64,000 nt of DNA. Source: Prolixibacteraceae bacterium. Its GTDB lineage: Bacteria; Bacteroidota; Bacteroidia; Bacteroidales; Prolixibacteraceae. Below, piece by piece: positions 41,351-49,843 of the stretch. Both the position numbers and the translations under genes were made by a program. The notes under the pieces are model-generated. The model did no database searches. It saw only the letters and a list, made by a program, of their open reading frames with translations, and had not been told where the DNA came from. Positions within the stretch are counted from its first letter, which is position 1; every line of letters starts with the position of its first letter. The DNA is taken from contig JAFGGY010000195.1 in NCBI GenBank assembly GCA_016930365.1, positions 4,748-68,747 on the forward strand, written 5' to 3'.

Positions 41351-41830
41351 AGAACTTTAATTTAGATACATGTAATTGGTATTTTTAAATTATGTGAATA
41401 AGTTGTAAAAAAATATCAAACAAATATATCGATACAGAGGCTCATGAAGGGGCGATTTTTTTCGCAAATAGGAGTAATTTATTTGTTTATGATCATTTAT
41501 ATCATGAATAATCATAAAATGAAGAAGTTTTTCACGTAAAAATTGGTAAGAAATAAGTTAAACCAAAATGTTGCATTTGTGGCTTGAATTCAGTTTGCGT
41601 TAAGCTTATGAAATTTGACATTCTTTTTCGATATGTTTGAATACTTATTACGTATCAATACTGTCCGGTGAAGATAATCACATTCGAAAAGATTACTTTA
41701 CTTTGTTAGTAAACCATTTCCTTTTAAAGTACCAAAAAACTCCCGTCATTTATAGCCTCGACACTATTATCGGTAAGCAATCAAAAATTATAACCAGACG
41801 AGTATGATTGCTAATCAAAAAAACCAATAA

Positions 41831-41838
41831 TATCTTTG
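41831..41838 (+). promoter_or_regulatory. Bacteroidota -7 promoter box
   Basis: TATCTTTG followed by CA, ~35 nt upstream of the Crp/Fnr ATG. Confidence 0.6.
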
Positions 41839-41872
41839 CACATAATAAAAAACACAGAGATTCATAACCATC

Positions 41873-42454
41873 ATGCATAAAACTCTTATCAATACCCTGG
41901 CCAACTATGGTTCGTTTAAGCCCGAAGAAATTGAAATTTGTAAATCGCTATTCAAAGAAACAATAGTTAAACGAGGCGATTTCTTTATACGGGCAGGAGA
42001 AGTTTCAAAATACATCGGTTTTATCTCGGAAGGATTGGTTCGGTATTTTGTGTATAAAAATGATACTGAATCAACATTAGAATTTAGCTCCGAAGGCGAA
42101 TTTATTGTAGAATACGAGAGCTTTCTTGAAAAAACCAAATGCATCCAAAACATCCAGGCTCTTGAAGATACCAAAATGCTGATTACCGATCACCAGGGGC
42201 TTCAAACTCTTTACAACACTATAGAAAACAGCGAAACTATTGGTAGGCAAATTATTGAATACCGGTTTAAGCACCTTATGAAACAATTGCTCTCAATTTA
42301 CATGCACAATCCCGAAGAGCGCTACCTTCACTTTATGAAAACTTTTCCCGACTTAATTCAACGAGTGCCTCAATATTACATAGCATCGTATGTTGGGGTA
42401 AAACCCGAATCGTTAAGCCGAATAAAAAAAAGAATCGCTTCACAAATTTCTTAA
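41873..42454 (+). CDS. Crp/Fnr-family transcriptional regulator
   Basis: cNMP domain (GFISEGLVR, IQALED); PEERY, RVPQYYIASYVGVKPESLSRI. Confidence 0.93.
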   Translation: MHKTLINTLANYGSFKPEEIEICKSLFKETIVKRGDFFIRAGEVSKYIGFISEGLVRYFVYKNDTESTLEFSSEGEFIVEYESFLEKTKCIQNIQALEDTKMLITDHQGLQTLYNTIENSETIGRQIIEYRFKHLMKQLLSIYMHNPEERYLHFMKTFPDLIQRVPQYYIASYVGVKPESLSRIKKRIASQIS

Positions 42455-42517
42455 CACAGGTCAATTTTTACATTTTCATTTTTACGTTTCTTTGTGCGTA
42501 ATTAAAAAAAACGCGTA

Positions 42518-43714
42518 ATGAAGAAGAAATATATCAACCCGATATTTTTAATTGTCCTATCTCTCTTATCAACAGCCTGCGCAAAAGGAAGTGATGAAAT
42601 TCAAAAAACCGGGATTATCGTTAACCGCGATAAAATGCCGGTAGATAAAACGACTCAATTCTCTGTCGATTTTACCCAAATCAGAAGTACGGAAATTGAT
42701 ACCTCATTGAAGTTTAATAATCATGTATGCGATTCGTTAGAGAAACACCTCAACTATGTAAAGAAAAAAGGAAACTATAAAGGCTTATCGCTAGCGGTGG
42801 CTGTTCCCGGAAAAGGCTTTTGGAAATCGACAACAGGCGAATCGGGAACTTCGATGCCATTAACAACGAATACTAAATTTCATGCCTTAAGCATGAGTAA
42901 AATATTTACCTCAGCAATCATTCTTAAGCTTGCCGAGAATGATTTTCTTAAGCTTGACGACACCATTGAAAAATGGTTTCCGCAATGCCAAAAATCAAAC
43001 GAAATAACAATAAACCACTTGTTAAATCACACCTCAGGCATTCAAACCTACGAGGTTTTATATGAATACAAACTACACGATAACAGCAGGTTTACTGAAC
43101 AAAATCTTGTAGATATGGCGCTTCATTACGGTGTTAGCGATACTCCCGGCAGCTTCTTCTCCTATTCAAACTCCGGGTATATCATGCTCGGTATTATTAT
43201 TAATAAAGTAAGCGGCAAAAGTCTTGAGCAGGTTTTTTACGATTGCTTTATCAATCCGCTCAATTTGCAAAATACACTGTATTGTAATGCCAAAAACCTG
43301 GATATGGAAAACATCAGGGGCTATTCGAATGGTGAAATATCAGAAAACGCTCAATGGCCGTTGACCTATGCTGCCGGCCCATTAATTTCAACACCCGCCG
43401 AAATTCTTTTGCTGTATAATTACCTTCTTTCAGGAAACTTTTTAAATACTGAGAGTATGAACCGGATGCTTTCGCACATGAACTTATGGCTTAAAAATCC
43501 AAACATTCATTATGGAAAAGGAATTTATAGTATTAATGACTTACCATCGGGCAATTATTTAGGCCATGCAGGTGGAGATGATTGTTTTAGAACATGCGTT
43601 TTCTACAATACAAAACATAATGTATTCATTTCGATTTTTAGTAATACCGATACAACCGGTATCGAACCTGCCATGTTTTCTGTAAGCGAAAAATTAATTG
43701 ATTTACTCAAATAA
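42518..43714 (+). CDS. Serine hydrolase (beta-lactamase/AmpC-like family) lipoprotein
   Basis: Lipobox STAC; SMSK, LLNHTSG, YSN, GHAG. Confidence 0.9.
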   Translation: MKKKYINPIFLIVLSLLSTACAKGSDEIQKTGIIVNRDKMPVDKTTQFSVDFTQIRSTEIDTSLKFNNHVCDSLEKHLNYVKKKGNYKGLSLAVAVPGKGFWKSTTGESGTSMPLTTNTKFHALSMSKIFTSAIILKLAENDFLKLDDTIEKWFPQCQKSNEITINHLLNHTSGIQTYEVLYEYKLHDNSRFTEQNLVDMALHYGVSDTPGSFFSYSNSGYIMLGIIINKVSGKSLEQVFYDCFINPLNLQNTLYCNAKNLDMENIRGYSNGEISENAQWPLTYAAGPLISTPAEILLLYNYLLSGNFLNTESMNRMLSHMNLWLKNPNIHYGKGIYSINDLPSGNYLGHAGGDDCFRTCVFYNTKHNVFISIFSNTDTTGIEPAMFSVSEKLIDLLK

Positions 43715-43837
43715 CATTTTTTTTGGTGCATTCTACAACGGTTAAATTTTAATACTGTCTGTTAACGCATCAATCCAAACAATAACAATGAATTTAGCAA
43801 ACAGCATTTATATTAACCAAAATCAACAAACCAATCA

Positions 43838-44671
43838 ATGTGTAATTTAAAAACCCTCTTATTTACCCTTTTAATTTTTTTCATTTATAAAAATGGTATT
43901 TCGCAAGACAAACAGTCCGATATACCTACGGGCAATTATATCGTTTTAGGTATCGGAAATTCAAAAATATCGGTTAACGAAACCATAAACACCAGTGTGC
44001 CCTACACCGGTTGGTGTACAGCTACAGCTGTCGAAGGTATTTTTGGCTCCGAAAAACATTACTGGCACATTCGCAACGCCTATTCGTTTGGTACAATTAC
44101 CCCACACCAATCGGTATTGCCCAATAAAAACACCGAAGAAGCATACGACGAAAACCTGGGCATAACCCCGTACTGGCGTTTTTATCATAACCAGCCACAA
44201 CATATTTACTTGTATGCCGGACCAGTTGTAAATGCTAAAATTGGCCTGCGGTTTAAAAATGGCGCTATCGGGAACTCATCAGTGAGTTACGAAGGTGCCC
44301 TGGGCATTGGCTTTGCGCTAAAAGCGGCTAAATATTTCAACATATCGAAAAAACACAACAACCCTTTTAAACGCTTTAAAGCCGAAGCAACTCTTTCGTT
44401 GCCTGTAGTTTCGAAAATATTCCACCCAAACTACCTGGGCATTTCGAAAACAGCCCTTACCGAAAACAGAAAATTAATCGATTGGTCATCAAACTACACC
44501 GGGTATTTCAACAACTTCGAATATGGTGTATCGTTTACCTACTACCTTAAAAACAAAAATGCGCTGGAGCTGGCATACAATCGCAATTTTTTTGGCACAA
44601 ACCCCCAATACAATCCCGTAAAAACAATGAATCAGTCAGTTGTATTTAAACTTCTTTTCAATTTAAAATAA
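43838..44671 (+). CDS. Putative outer-membrane beta-barrel protein
   Basis: Signal peptide; Gly/aromatic-rich alternating strands; starts the unit that includes the S41 peptidase. Confidence 0.65.
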   Translation: MCNLKTLLFTLLIFFIYKNGISQDKQSDIPTGNYIVLGIGNSKISVNETINTSVPYTGWCTATAVEGIFGSEKHYWHIRNAYSFGTITPHQSVLPNKNTEEAYDENLGITPYWRFYHNQPQHIYLYAGPVVNAKIGLRFKNGAIGNSSVSYEGALGIGFALKAAKYFNISKKHNNPFKRFKAEATLSLPVVSKIFHPNYLGISKTALTENRKLIDWSSNYTGYFNNFEYGVSFTYYLKNKNALELAYNRNFFGTNPQYNPVKTMNQSVVFKLLFNLK

Positions 44672-44676
44672 TAACC

Positions 44677-45696
44677 ATGAGAACTTTTTCTTCAATAATA
44701 ATATTCATTATAGCCTTATTGCTTTTTTCGTCGTGCGAAAAAACAATACTCGAGATGCCCTCAAAAAGCAACACCCATGTTTTCGAAGCTTTTTGGAAAG
44801 GCATTGACGAACGGTATGCCTATTTCGAGCTCAAAAACATCAACTGGGATTCGTTGCACACCCATTATGGAGATATCATTACCAACGAAATGACCGACGA
44901 GGCCTTGTTCGATACACTGTCGGTGTTAATTGATTTACTACACGATGGCCACTCTGGAATTAAATCGTCGTTCGATATGCATAAAAACACCGGTTTTTAT
45001 ATGTGTGGTCCCGAAAATGTTAGTGAGCGCCTCATTGTCGATAATTACTCAAAAGGCTGGGGCATGCAAATCGGAAACCTGCGACATTTCGCACTTTGCA
45101 ACAACGATATAGCCTATATTTACTACGGGAACTTTTCCGACCTTGTTTCAGACTACGACATTGATTACCTGGTAAATAAATATAAAAACACCAAAGGGAT
45201 AATTTTCGACATACGCAGCAACTACGGTGGTTCGGCCGAAAATATTTTTAGGCTCACAAAACGCTTTGCCCAAGACAAAACACACCTTTACAACAATCGC
45301 TTTAAAAACGGTCCCGGCCATGCCGATTTTTCCGATTTTACCGAAACCTGCATCGAACCTGCACAAACTACCTACAAGGGCAAAGTTTGTGTACTTACAA
45401 ACCGAAAAGTATATAGTGCTGCGTCCATTTTTACCCTTTCGATGAAACAACTGCCATCAGTTACCATTGTAGGCGACACAACAGGTGGCGGACTGGGAAT
45501 GCCCGTGGGTTTCGAGTTGCCAAACGAATGGCAGGTATATTGTGCCGGCACACAAATTATCTCGGTCGATGGCGAAAACCTCGAACTGGGCGTGCCCCCC
45601 GACGTGCAGGTAAACATGACCGACGACGACATCGCAAACGGAATCGACACCATTATCGAAAAAGCCATCGAAATAATAAACGAACAAAGCGAATAA
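44677..45696 (+). CDS. S41-family peptidase lipoprotein
   Basis: Lipobox FSSC; L.DGH, DIRSNYGG, YSAAS, VGDTTGGG, GVPPD. Confidence 0.92.
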   Translation: MRTFSSIIIFIIALLLFSSCEKTILEMPSKSNTHVFEAFWKGIDERYAYFELKNINWDSLHTHYGDIITNEMTDEALFDTLSVLIDLLHDGHSGIKSSFDMHKNTGFYMCGPENVSERLIVDNYSKGWGMQIGNLRHFALCNNDIAYIYYGNFSDLVSDYDIDYLVNKYKNTKGIIFDIRSNYGGSAENIFRLTKRFAQDKTHLYNNRFKNGPGHADFSDFTETCIEPAQTTYKGKVCVLTNRKVYSAASIFTLSMKQLPSVTIVGDTTGGGLGMPVGFELPNEWQVYCAGTQIISVDGENLELGVPPDVQVNMTDDDIANGIDTIIEKAIEIINEQSE

Positions 45697-45721
45697 GCAA
45701 CCCTTAATTATTCGTTGGGGG

Positions 45722-45870
45722 GCTTATCGGTCTGCGGCTTTTAGTTGCCTTGCCCGTGGCCTGTTTCGCAGCTGCTTGCCGGTGGCTTCCCCTGGTCGCC
45801 CCGCAAGCAGCGCTCAACAACGCCACGGTCATCGTCAAGCTAACCGCCTCCGCCCGGCCCCGGGGTAAGC
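45722..45870 (-). repeat. GC-rich structured intergenic element, copy 2
   Basis: Minus-strand stems CCGTGGC/GCCACGG and GCTGCTTGC/GCAAGCAGC around GGCGACC-AGG-GGAAGCC; ends AAAAGCCGCAGACCG like copy 1. Confidence 0.6.
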
Positions 45871-45919
45871 GCTGAAAATACTGGCTGAAAAACAACAGGG
45901 CTAAAAATTACGCCTGAAT

Positions 45920-46240
45920 CTATATCCCCAGCACTTCTAACGCACAAAACACTAAACCAATCATAGCTGCAATCAACTTTGCCAAAAATAAATAATACAC
46001 TTTGTTTGCTATTTCATTATTATCTTTTCCCATGCGCTTTAGGCGCAGACCATAAATATAATGACACATATCCAATAGCAGGTGTAAAAAAAATAAAGAT
46101 AAGGCAAACTTCAAAAAAAGGTTATTCTTTATTAGAAAAACACCATTTTCATACGATAAACCAAATACAGCAACGATTAAAGCAGTTACAATTTTGCGTG
46201 TTTCACTACTTACGCTTTTAGAATACAGTTCCGAAATCAT
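45920..46240 (-). CDS. Small 3-TM hypothetical membrane protein
   Basis: 106 aa; three hydrophobic segments; starts 16 nt after the upstream ORF stop; AT-rich. Confidence 0.7.
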   Translation of the reverse strand: MISELYSKSVSSETRKIVTALIVAVFGLSYENGVFLIKNNLFLKFALSLFFLHLLLDMCHYIYGLRLKRMGKDNNEIANKVYYLFLAKLIAAMIGLVFCALEVLGI

Positions 46241-46256
46241 GTTGAAAGATATTTAG

Positions 46257-47294
46257 TTATAATATCAACCGTTCAGAAGCCTTTGCTATTTTTAATTGCT
46301 TCAACTTACTACCCAGTTCCAATTTATTTTCTTTGAAAGACATTTTTGCAATAAGATCTGCTATTTCATTTAAATCTTCACCGCCATTAAAATTCTTTTT
46401 ATAGTAGTATAATGAGTCTTTTAAATCGAGGCAGGTGTCTAATGCTGAGACTAACGTTCTTGCGACTTTTTCTTGATTGAAGTTTGATTTGTAGTATTTT
46501 AACAAGCAAATACAAGCATTTAATGAAAAACTACATTTAACAAAATTATCGATGGATTTATTAATTTGTTTGAGCTTGTGCCTTTTTCCAAAAATGCTAC
46601 GTTCTCTTCTAAAATGATACAAATGGTTGCCATTTTTAAGAAGACATGATGCTACATGCAACTGGTCAGGAATGTAATAATAATTCTTGCCTTTTATCGA
46701 TGCACTTTTATGTGCATTTTCAATAGTTATTATCGGGTCTAAGAAAATTATATTTTCTATTGATATTTCAGGGTTAGGGTCAATGATTGTTTTCCCCTTA
46801 TCATTATTCATTTTTTCTTTAAATCGTATTGTTGAAAGATAATAATACCGGGGCATCTCATTTCGTATGGTAAACAATGACGATTTTACCATTGTATTGC
46901 CTTTAATGTCTTTACGTTTTCTGACGTGTGGAGGTTCAAAAAGCATCCTGAGCTTTAGTTCGATGTTTTTGTTTAAGTATTTAGCTAAATCATTTGCAGG
47001 CTGTTTTGTTGTTTTCGATTCAGGGATATTAACTACAATATTAAAAACACCAACTGTTTCATTTCCAAAAAGATATTTTAGTTTAATTTCTTTTTTAGAA
47101 ATATTTTTAACAACCTCGCTGTTTATAGTCAGGGCATTTCGCCAATCGTATGTTTTATCGGCTAACATTTTTCCGCCACAACGTTTAAATAAATTACCTG
47201 AATTATGAATCCGGTTAGGCTCTGCAACAAAACCAGATAAAGAATCCTGGAGATGCCGCATATCGACAAATGGAAGATATATTCGAACTTGCAT
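46257..47294 (-). CDS. Lys-rich hypothetical protein (345 aa)
   Basis: Long AT-rich ORF. ATG at 47294 is preferred because the TTG-extended part crosses a terminator and a structured region. Confidence 0.7.
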   Translation of the reverse strand: MQVRIYLPFVDMRHLQDSLSGFVAEPNRIHNSGNLFKRCGGKMLADKTYDWRNALTINSEVVKNISKKEIKLKYLFGNETVGVFNIVVNIPESKTTKQPANDLAKYLNKNIELKLRMLFEPPHVRKRKDIKGNTMVKSSLFTIRNEMPRYYYLSTIRFKEKMNNDKGKTIIDPNPEISIENIIFLDPIITIENAHKSASIKGKNYYYIPDQLHVASCLLKNGNHLYHFRRERSIFGKRHKLKQINKSIDNFVKCSFSLNACICLLKYYKSNFNQEKVARTLVSALDTCLDLKDSLYYYKKNFNGGEDLNEIADLIAKMSFKENKLELGSKLKQLKIAKASERLIL

Positions 47295-47315
47295 GTAAAT
47301 AGTGTCGATTAGGAT

Positions 47316-47340
47316 AAAACCTGGCACGAAGCCAGGTTTT
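47316..47340 (-). terminator. Intrinsic terminator/attenuator hairpin
   Basis: AAAACCTGGC-TTCGT-GCCAGGTTTT perfect 10-bp stem, ~21 nt upstream of the ATG at 47294. Confidence 0.75.
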
Positions 47341-47506
47341 GTCATTATTAAAACAAATAATGCAATGTGCATTGCGAATTTTAATAATCGATAAAACCCT
47401 GAGGTTTTTCTCACTAAGGTAGAAACCTCCCGCCTTATACAGGCGCTAACAATGCACGGCAGAAAACCTGCCTCATCGCAATTAATAATTTCGAAATGCA
47501 AGTTCG
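47316..47506 (-). ncRNA. Candidate structured sRNA or attenuator leader
   Basis: Three short hairpins enclosed by a long imperfect closing stem, followed by a terminator. No family assignment. Confidence 0.45.
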
Positions 47507-47599
47507 CACATTCAAAACGAATTGTCAATTATTTTTTTTAGTGGGCTCTTTCATGTAAGTTGCAGTAATACAAATTATTATGTATTACTTTCTGTCGTC

Positions 47600-48262
47600 T
47601 CACCATTCAACGGGCAACTTCCCATTTTCTACCAGGTAATTGTTTGTTTTACTAAAATGATGGTTGCCAAAGAAACCGCGCGAAGCCGATAATGGCGATG
47701 GATGTACCGACTCCAATACCAGGTGTTTGCTCTTGTCGATAACTTGTCCTTTGCGTTGAGCATAAGCTCCCCACAATAAAAAAACAACGTATTCTTGTTG
47801 TTCCGAAATTGCTTTAATGGCGGCATCAGTAAATTGTTCCCATCCCTTACCCTGATGCGAACCTGCCTGGTGAGCACGAACAGTAAGTGTGGCATTGAGC
47901 AACAACACGCCCTGCGTAGCCCAACGTGTTAAATCGCCGCTTTGTGGAACAGCCGTGCCTAAATCGGCATTTATTTCTTTGAAAATATTACGCAGCGAAG
48001 GGGGAAATTTCACTCCGTTTTGAACCGAAAAGCATAAACCATGTGCTTGCCCTGGTCCATGATAGGGATCCTGCCCTATAATGACCACCTTAACCTTACT
48101 AAAAGGGCATAAATCGAAGGCACTAAACAGTTCTTCCGATGGTGGAAATATTTTATGGTTTTTGTATTCATTCTTTATAAAGTGGGTTAGCTCTTCGAAA
48201 TAGGGTTCATCAAATTCCTTCGAAAGTACTTCTTTCCAGCATTCTTCAATTTTTACATTCAT
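47600..48262 (-). CDS. ung: Uracil-DNA glycosylase
   Basis: GQDPYH, PPSL.NI, GVLLLN, HPSPLS. Confidence 0.98.
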   Translation of the reverse strand: MNVKIEECWKEVLSKEFDEPYFEELTHFIKNEYKNHKIFPPSEELFSAFDLCPFSKVKVVIIGQDPYHGPGQAHGLCFSVQNGVKFPPSLRNIFKEINADLGTAVPQSGDLTRWATQGVLLLNATLTVRAHQAGSHQGKGWEQFTDAAIKAISEQQEYVVFLLWGAYAQRKGQVIDKSKHLVLESVHPSPLSASRGFFGNHHFSKTNNYLVENGKLPVEW

Positions 48263-48311
48263 TATGTGTGTTTTTATCTATTTCATATTTTTTAATAATC
48301 GGTTGTATGTA

Positions 48312-48450
48312 TAATTGTTCGTTGCAGTTTCTTAAGTTGCATATAATGAGCTGTTTTATGCCCCATTGTCTTTAGCTATCTATATTGTCGATATTTAATT
48401 TGTGACAGACATAGTCTAATGTCTCAGGTCTTTTATCTAGCGCGCTATTG
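48312..48450 (-). repeat. MITE-like dispersed repeat, copy B (degenerate)
   Basis: Minus strand CAATAGCGCGCTAGATAAAAGACCTGAGACATTAGACTATG...CTCATT...CAACGAACAATTA. Confidence 0.7.
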
Positions 48451-48558
48451 TATGGATTATGCAGCATTAATTTACAATCCCGCTAAGCCACTAAGTCCAC
48501 CAAGAAAAAGGCTTTTTGTTTTTATGTGCCTTTGTGGTTTTATTTTCAATATTTGCAA

Positions 48559-48791
48559 TAATAGTTCGTTACTGTTTTTTTTAATTCGCTGTCAACTATC
48601 TGCTTGCATCTTGTAAGCTCGATTATTTAAATAGCTAAGAATTTCTCACCGTCTCACCGTCTCACGTCTCACGTCTCACCGTCTCATCGTCTCACGTCTC
48701 ATCGTCTCATCGTCTCACGTCTAACTCACAAGCGTTAGTTTGTTGAATATGCCGCAAAGCGGCTGGCGTACTAATATCTAACGTACTATTG
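48559..48791 (-). repeat. MITE-like dispersed repeat, copy C, with expanded tandem array
   Basis: Plus-strand ends TAATAGTTCGTTA and TAACGTACTATTG; contains 10 tandem CTCA(C/T/-)CGT units at 48645-48720. Confidence 0.7.
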
Positions 48792-48884
48792 ATGCAAAAT
48801 CCGGTCTCAATTATCGGAGTTGTAGCCAAAGTTAGAAAAATCAATCTTAATTTGAAGCAATGATATAAGTGACGAACAATTTTA

Positions 48885-49021
48885 CAATAATTCGTTACAA
48901 ATTTTTATGTCGTTGACAATGAGTTATTTGTGGTTTGCTAATCCGATCATATAAGTTACTGACATTTAGTTTATTGCAGGCATAGTCTAATGTCTCATGT
49001 CTGAAATCTAACGTACTATTG
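48885..49021 (-). repeat. MITE-like dispersed repeat, copy D
   Basis: Minus strand CAATAGTACGTTAGATTTCAGACATGAGACATTAGAC...TAACGAATTATTG; first 29 nt identical to copy E; flanked by TTTTA on both sides. Confidence 0.85.
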
Positions 49022-49111
49022 TTTTAATAAATGATTATTAAAAGGGTTGTGGACAAAAATGCAAAATGCGATTGGTATAATACTACTACTTTTATCAGCA
49101 AAACTTAAAAA

Positions 49112-49843
49112 ATGATTGGGAATCAGTTTACAGAAGCCGTTAAACGTTATTCGTCGATAAACGGTGGAAAATTTTTATTGAAAGCCATCTTTTTCGATAT
49201 GGATGGAGTGCTTTTCGATTCGATGCCTTTACATGCCCGGTCGTGGATAAAAACGTTTAAAAAATACGGTATCGAAATTCCGGAGCACGAGCCATATATG
49301 AACGAGGGGAGTACCGCGTATTATACCATCAATAAAATGTTCAGAAAATATCAGAACCGTTCAGTTAATTCGGATCTTCTAGAACAAATAAGGATGGATA
49401 AACATCAGTACATGGCTTCGTTACCACCTGCCGGCACTGTTGATTCGATGCCTGAGTTTGTAAATTTTGTTGCCGAAAATAATATCGACTGTTGGGTAGT
49501 AACCGGCTCTGCTCAAAAAAACCTTATTGACAGGCTGAATATGGTTTACAACGGGCATTTCGAGCGAAATAAAATGGTAACTGCCCACGATGTGAAAATT
49601 GGCAAACCACACCCCGAACCCTACCTGATGGCACTTCAAAAATCGGGTTATCATGTGGGCGAAGTAATGGTGATTGAAAATGCGCCTCTGGGCGTTGAAT
49701 CGGCAAAGGCTGCGGGTCTTTTTACTGTTGCGGTTAATACAGGGCCTATTAACCGACAGGTGCTATTAGATGCTGGTGCCGATGTTGTGTTTGATGAGGT
49801 AAAACAGTTGCTGGATTGCCGGGAATTAATACTGAAAACATGA
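49112..49843 (+). CDS. HAD-family phosphatase (beta-phosphoglucomutase-like)
   Basis: FDMDGVLFDS, VTGS, GKPHPEPY, IENAPLGV. Confidence 0.92.
   Translation: MIGNQFTEAVKRYSSINGGKFLLKAIFFDMDGVLFDSMPLHARSWIKTFKKYGIEIPEHEPYMNEGSTAYYTINKMFRKYQNRSVNSDLLEQIRMDKHQYMASLPPAGTVDSMPEFVNFVAENNIDCWVVTGSAQKNLIDRLNMVYNGHFERNKMVTAHDVKIGKPHPEPYLMALQKSGYHVGEVMVIENAPLGVESAKAAGLFTVAVNTGPINRQVLLDAGADVVFDEVKQLLDCRELILKT

Noticed and set aside
47316-47506. Retron msr-msd, tRNA or 6S RNA assignment
   Set aside because: No reverse transcriptase in the window, no T-loop or CCA features, and a multibranch fold rather than the single bubble-hairpin of 6S. Kept only as an unassigned candidate RNA.
47295-47528. N-terminal extension of the 423-aa ORF from a TTG start
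   Set aside because: It runs through a terminator and a structured region; the ATG at 47294 is more plausible.
48312-49021. Repeat-spacer layout as a CRISPR array
   Set aside because: Repeats are 137-233 bp and divergent, spacers ~100 bp, and no cas genes are present.
48312-49021. Integron attC sites (GTTAGAT/ATCTAAC resemble the core site)
   Set aside because: Within each copy the GTT precedes the AAC, the reverse of attC. There are no cassette ORFs between copies and no integrase.
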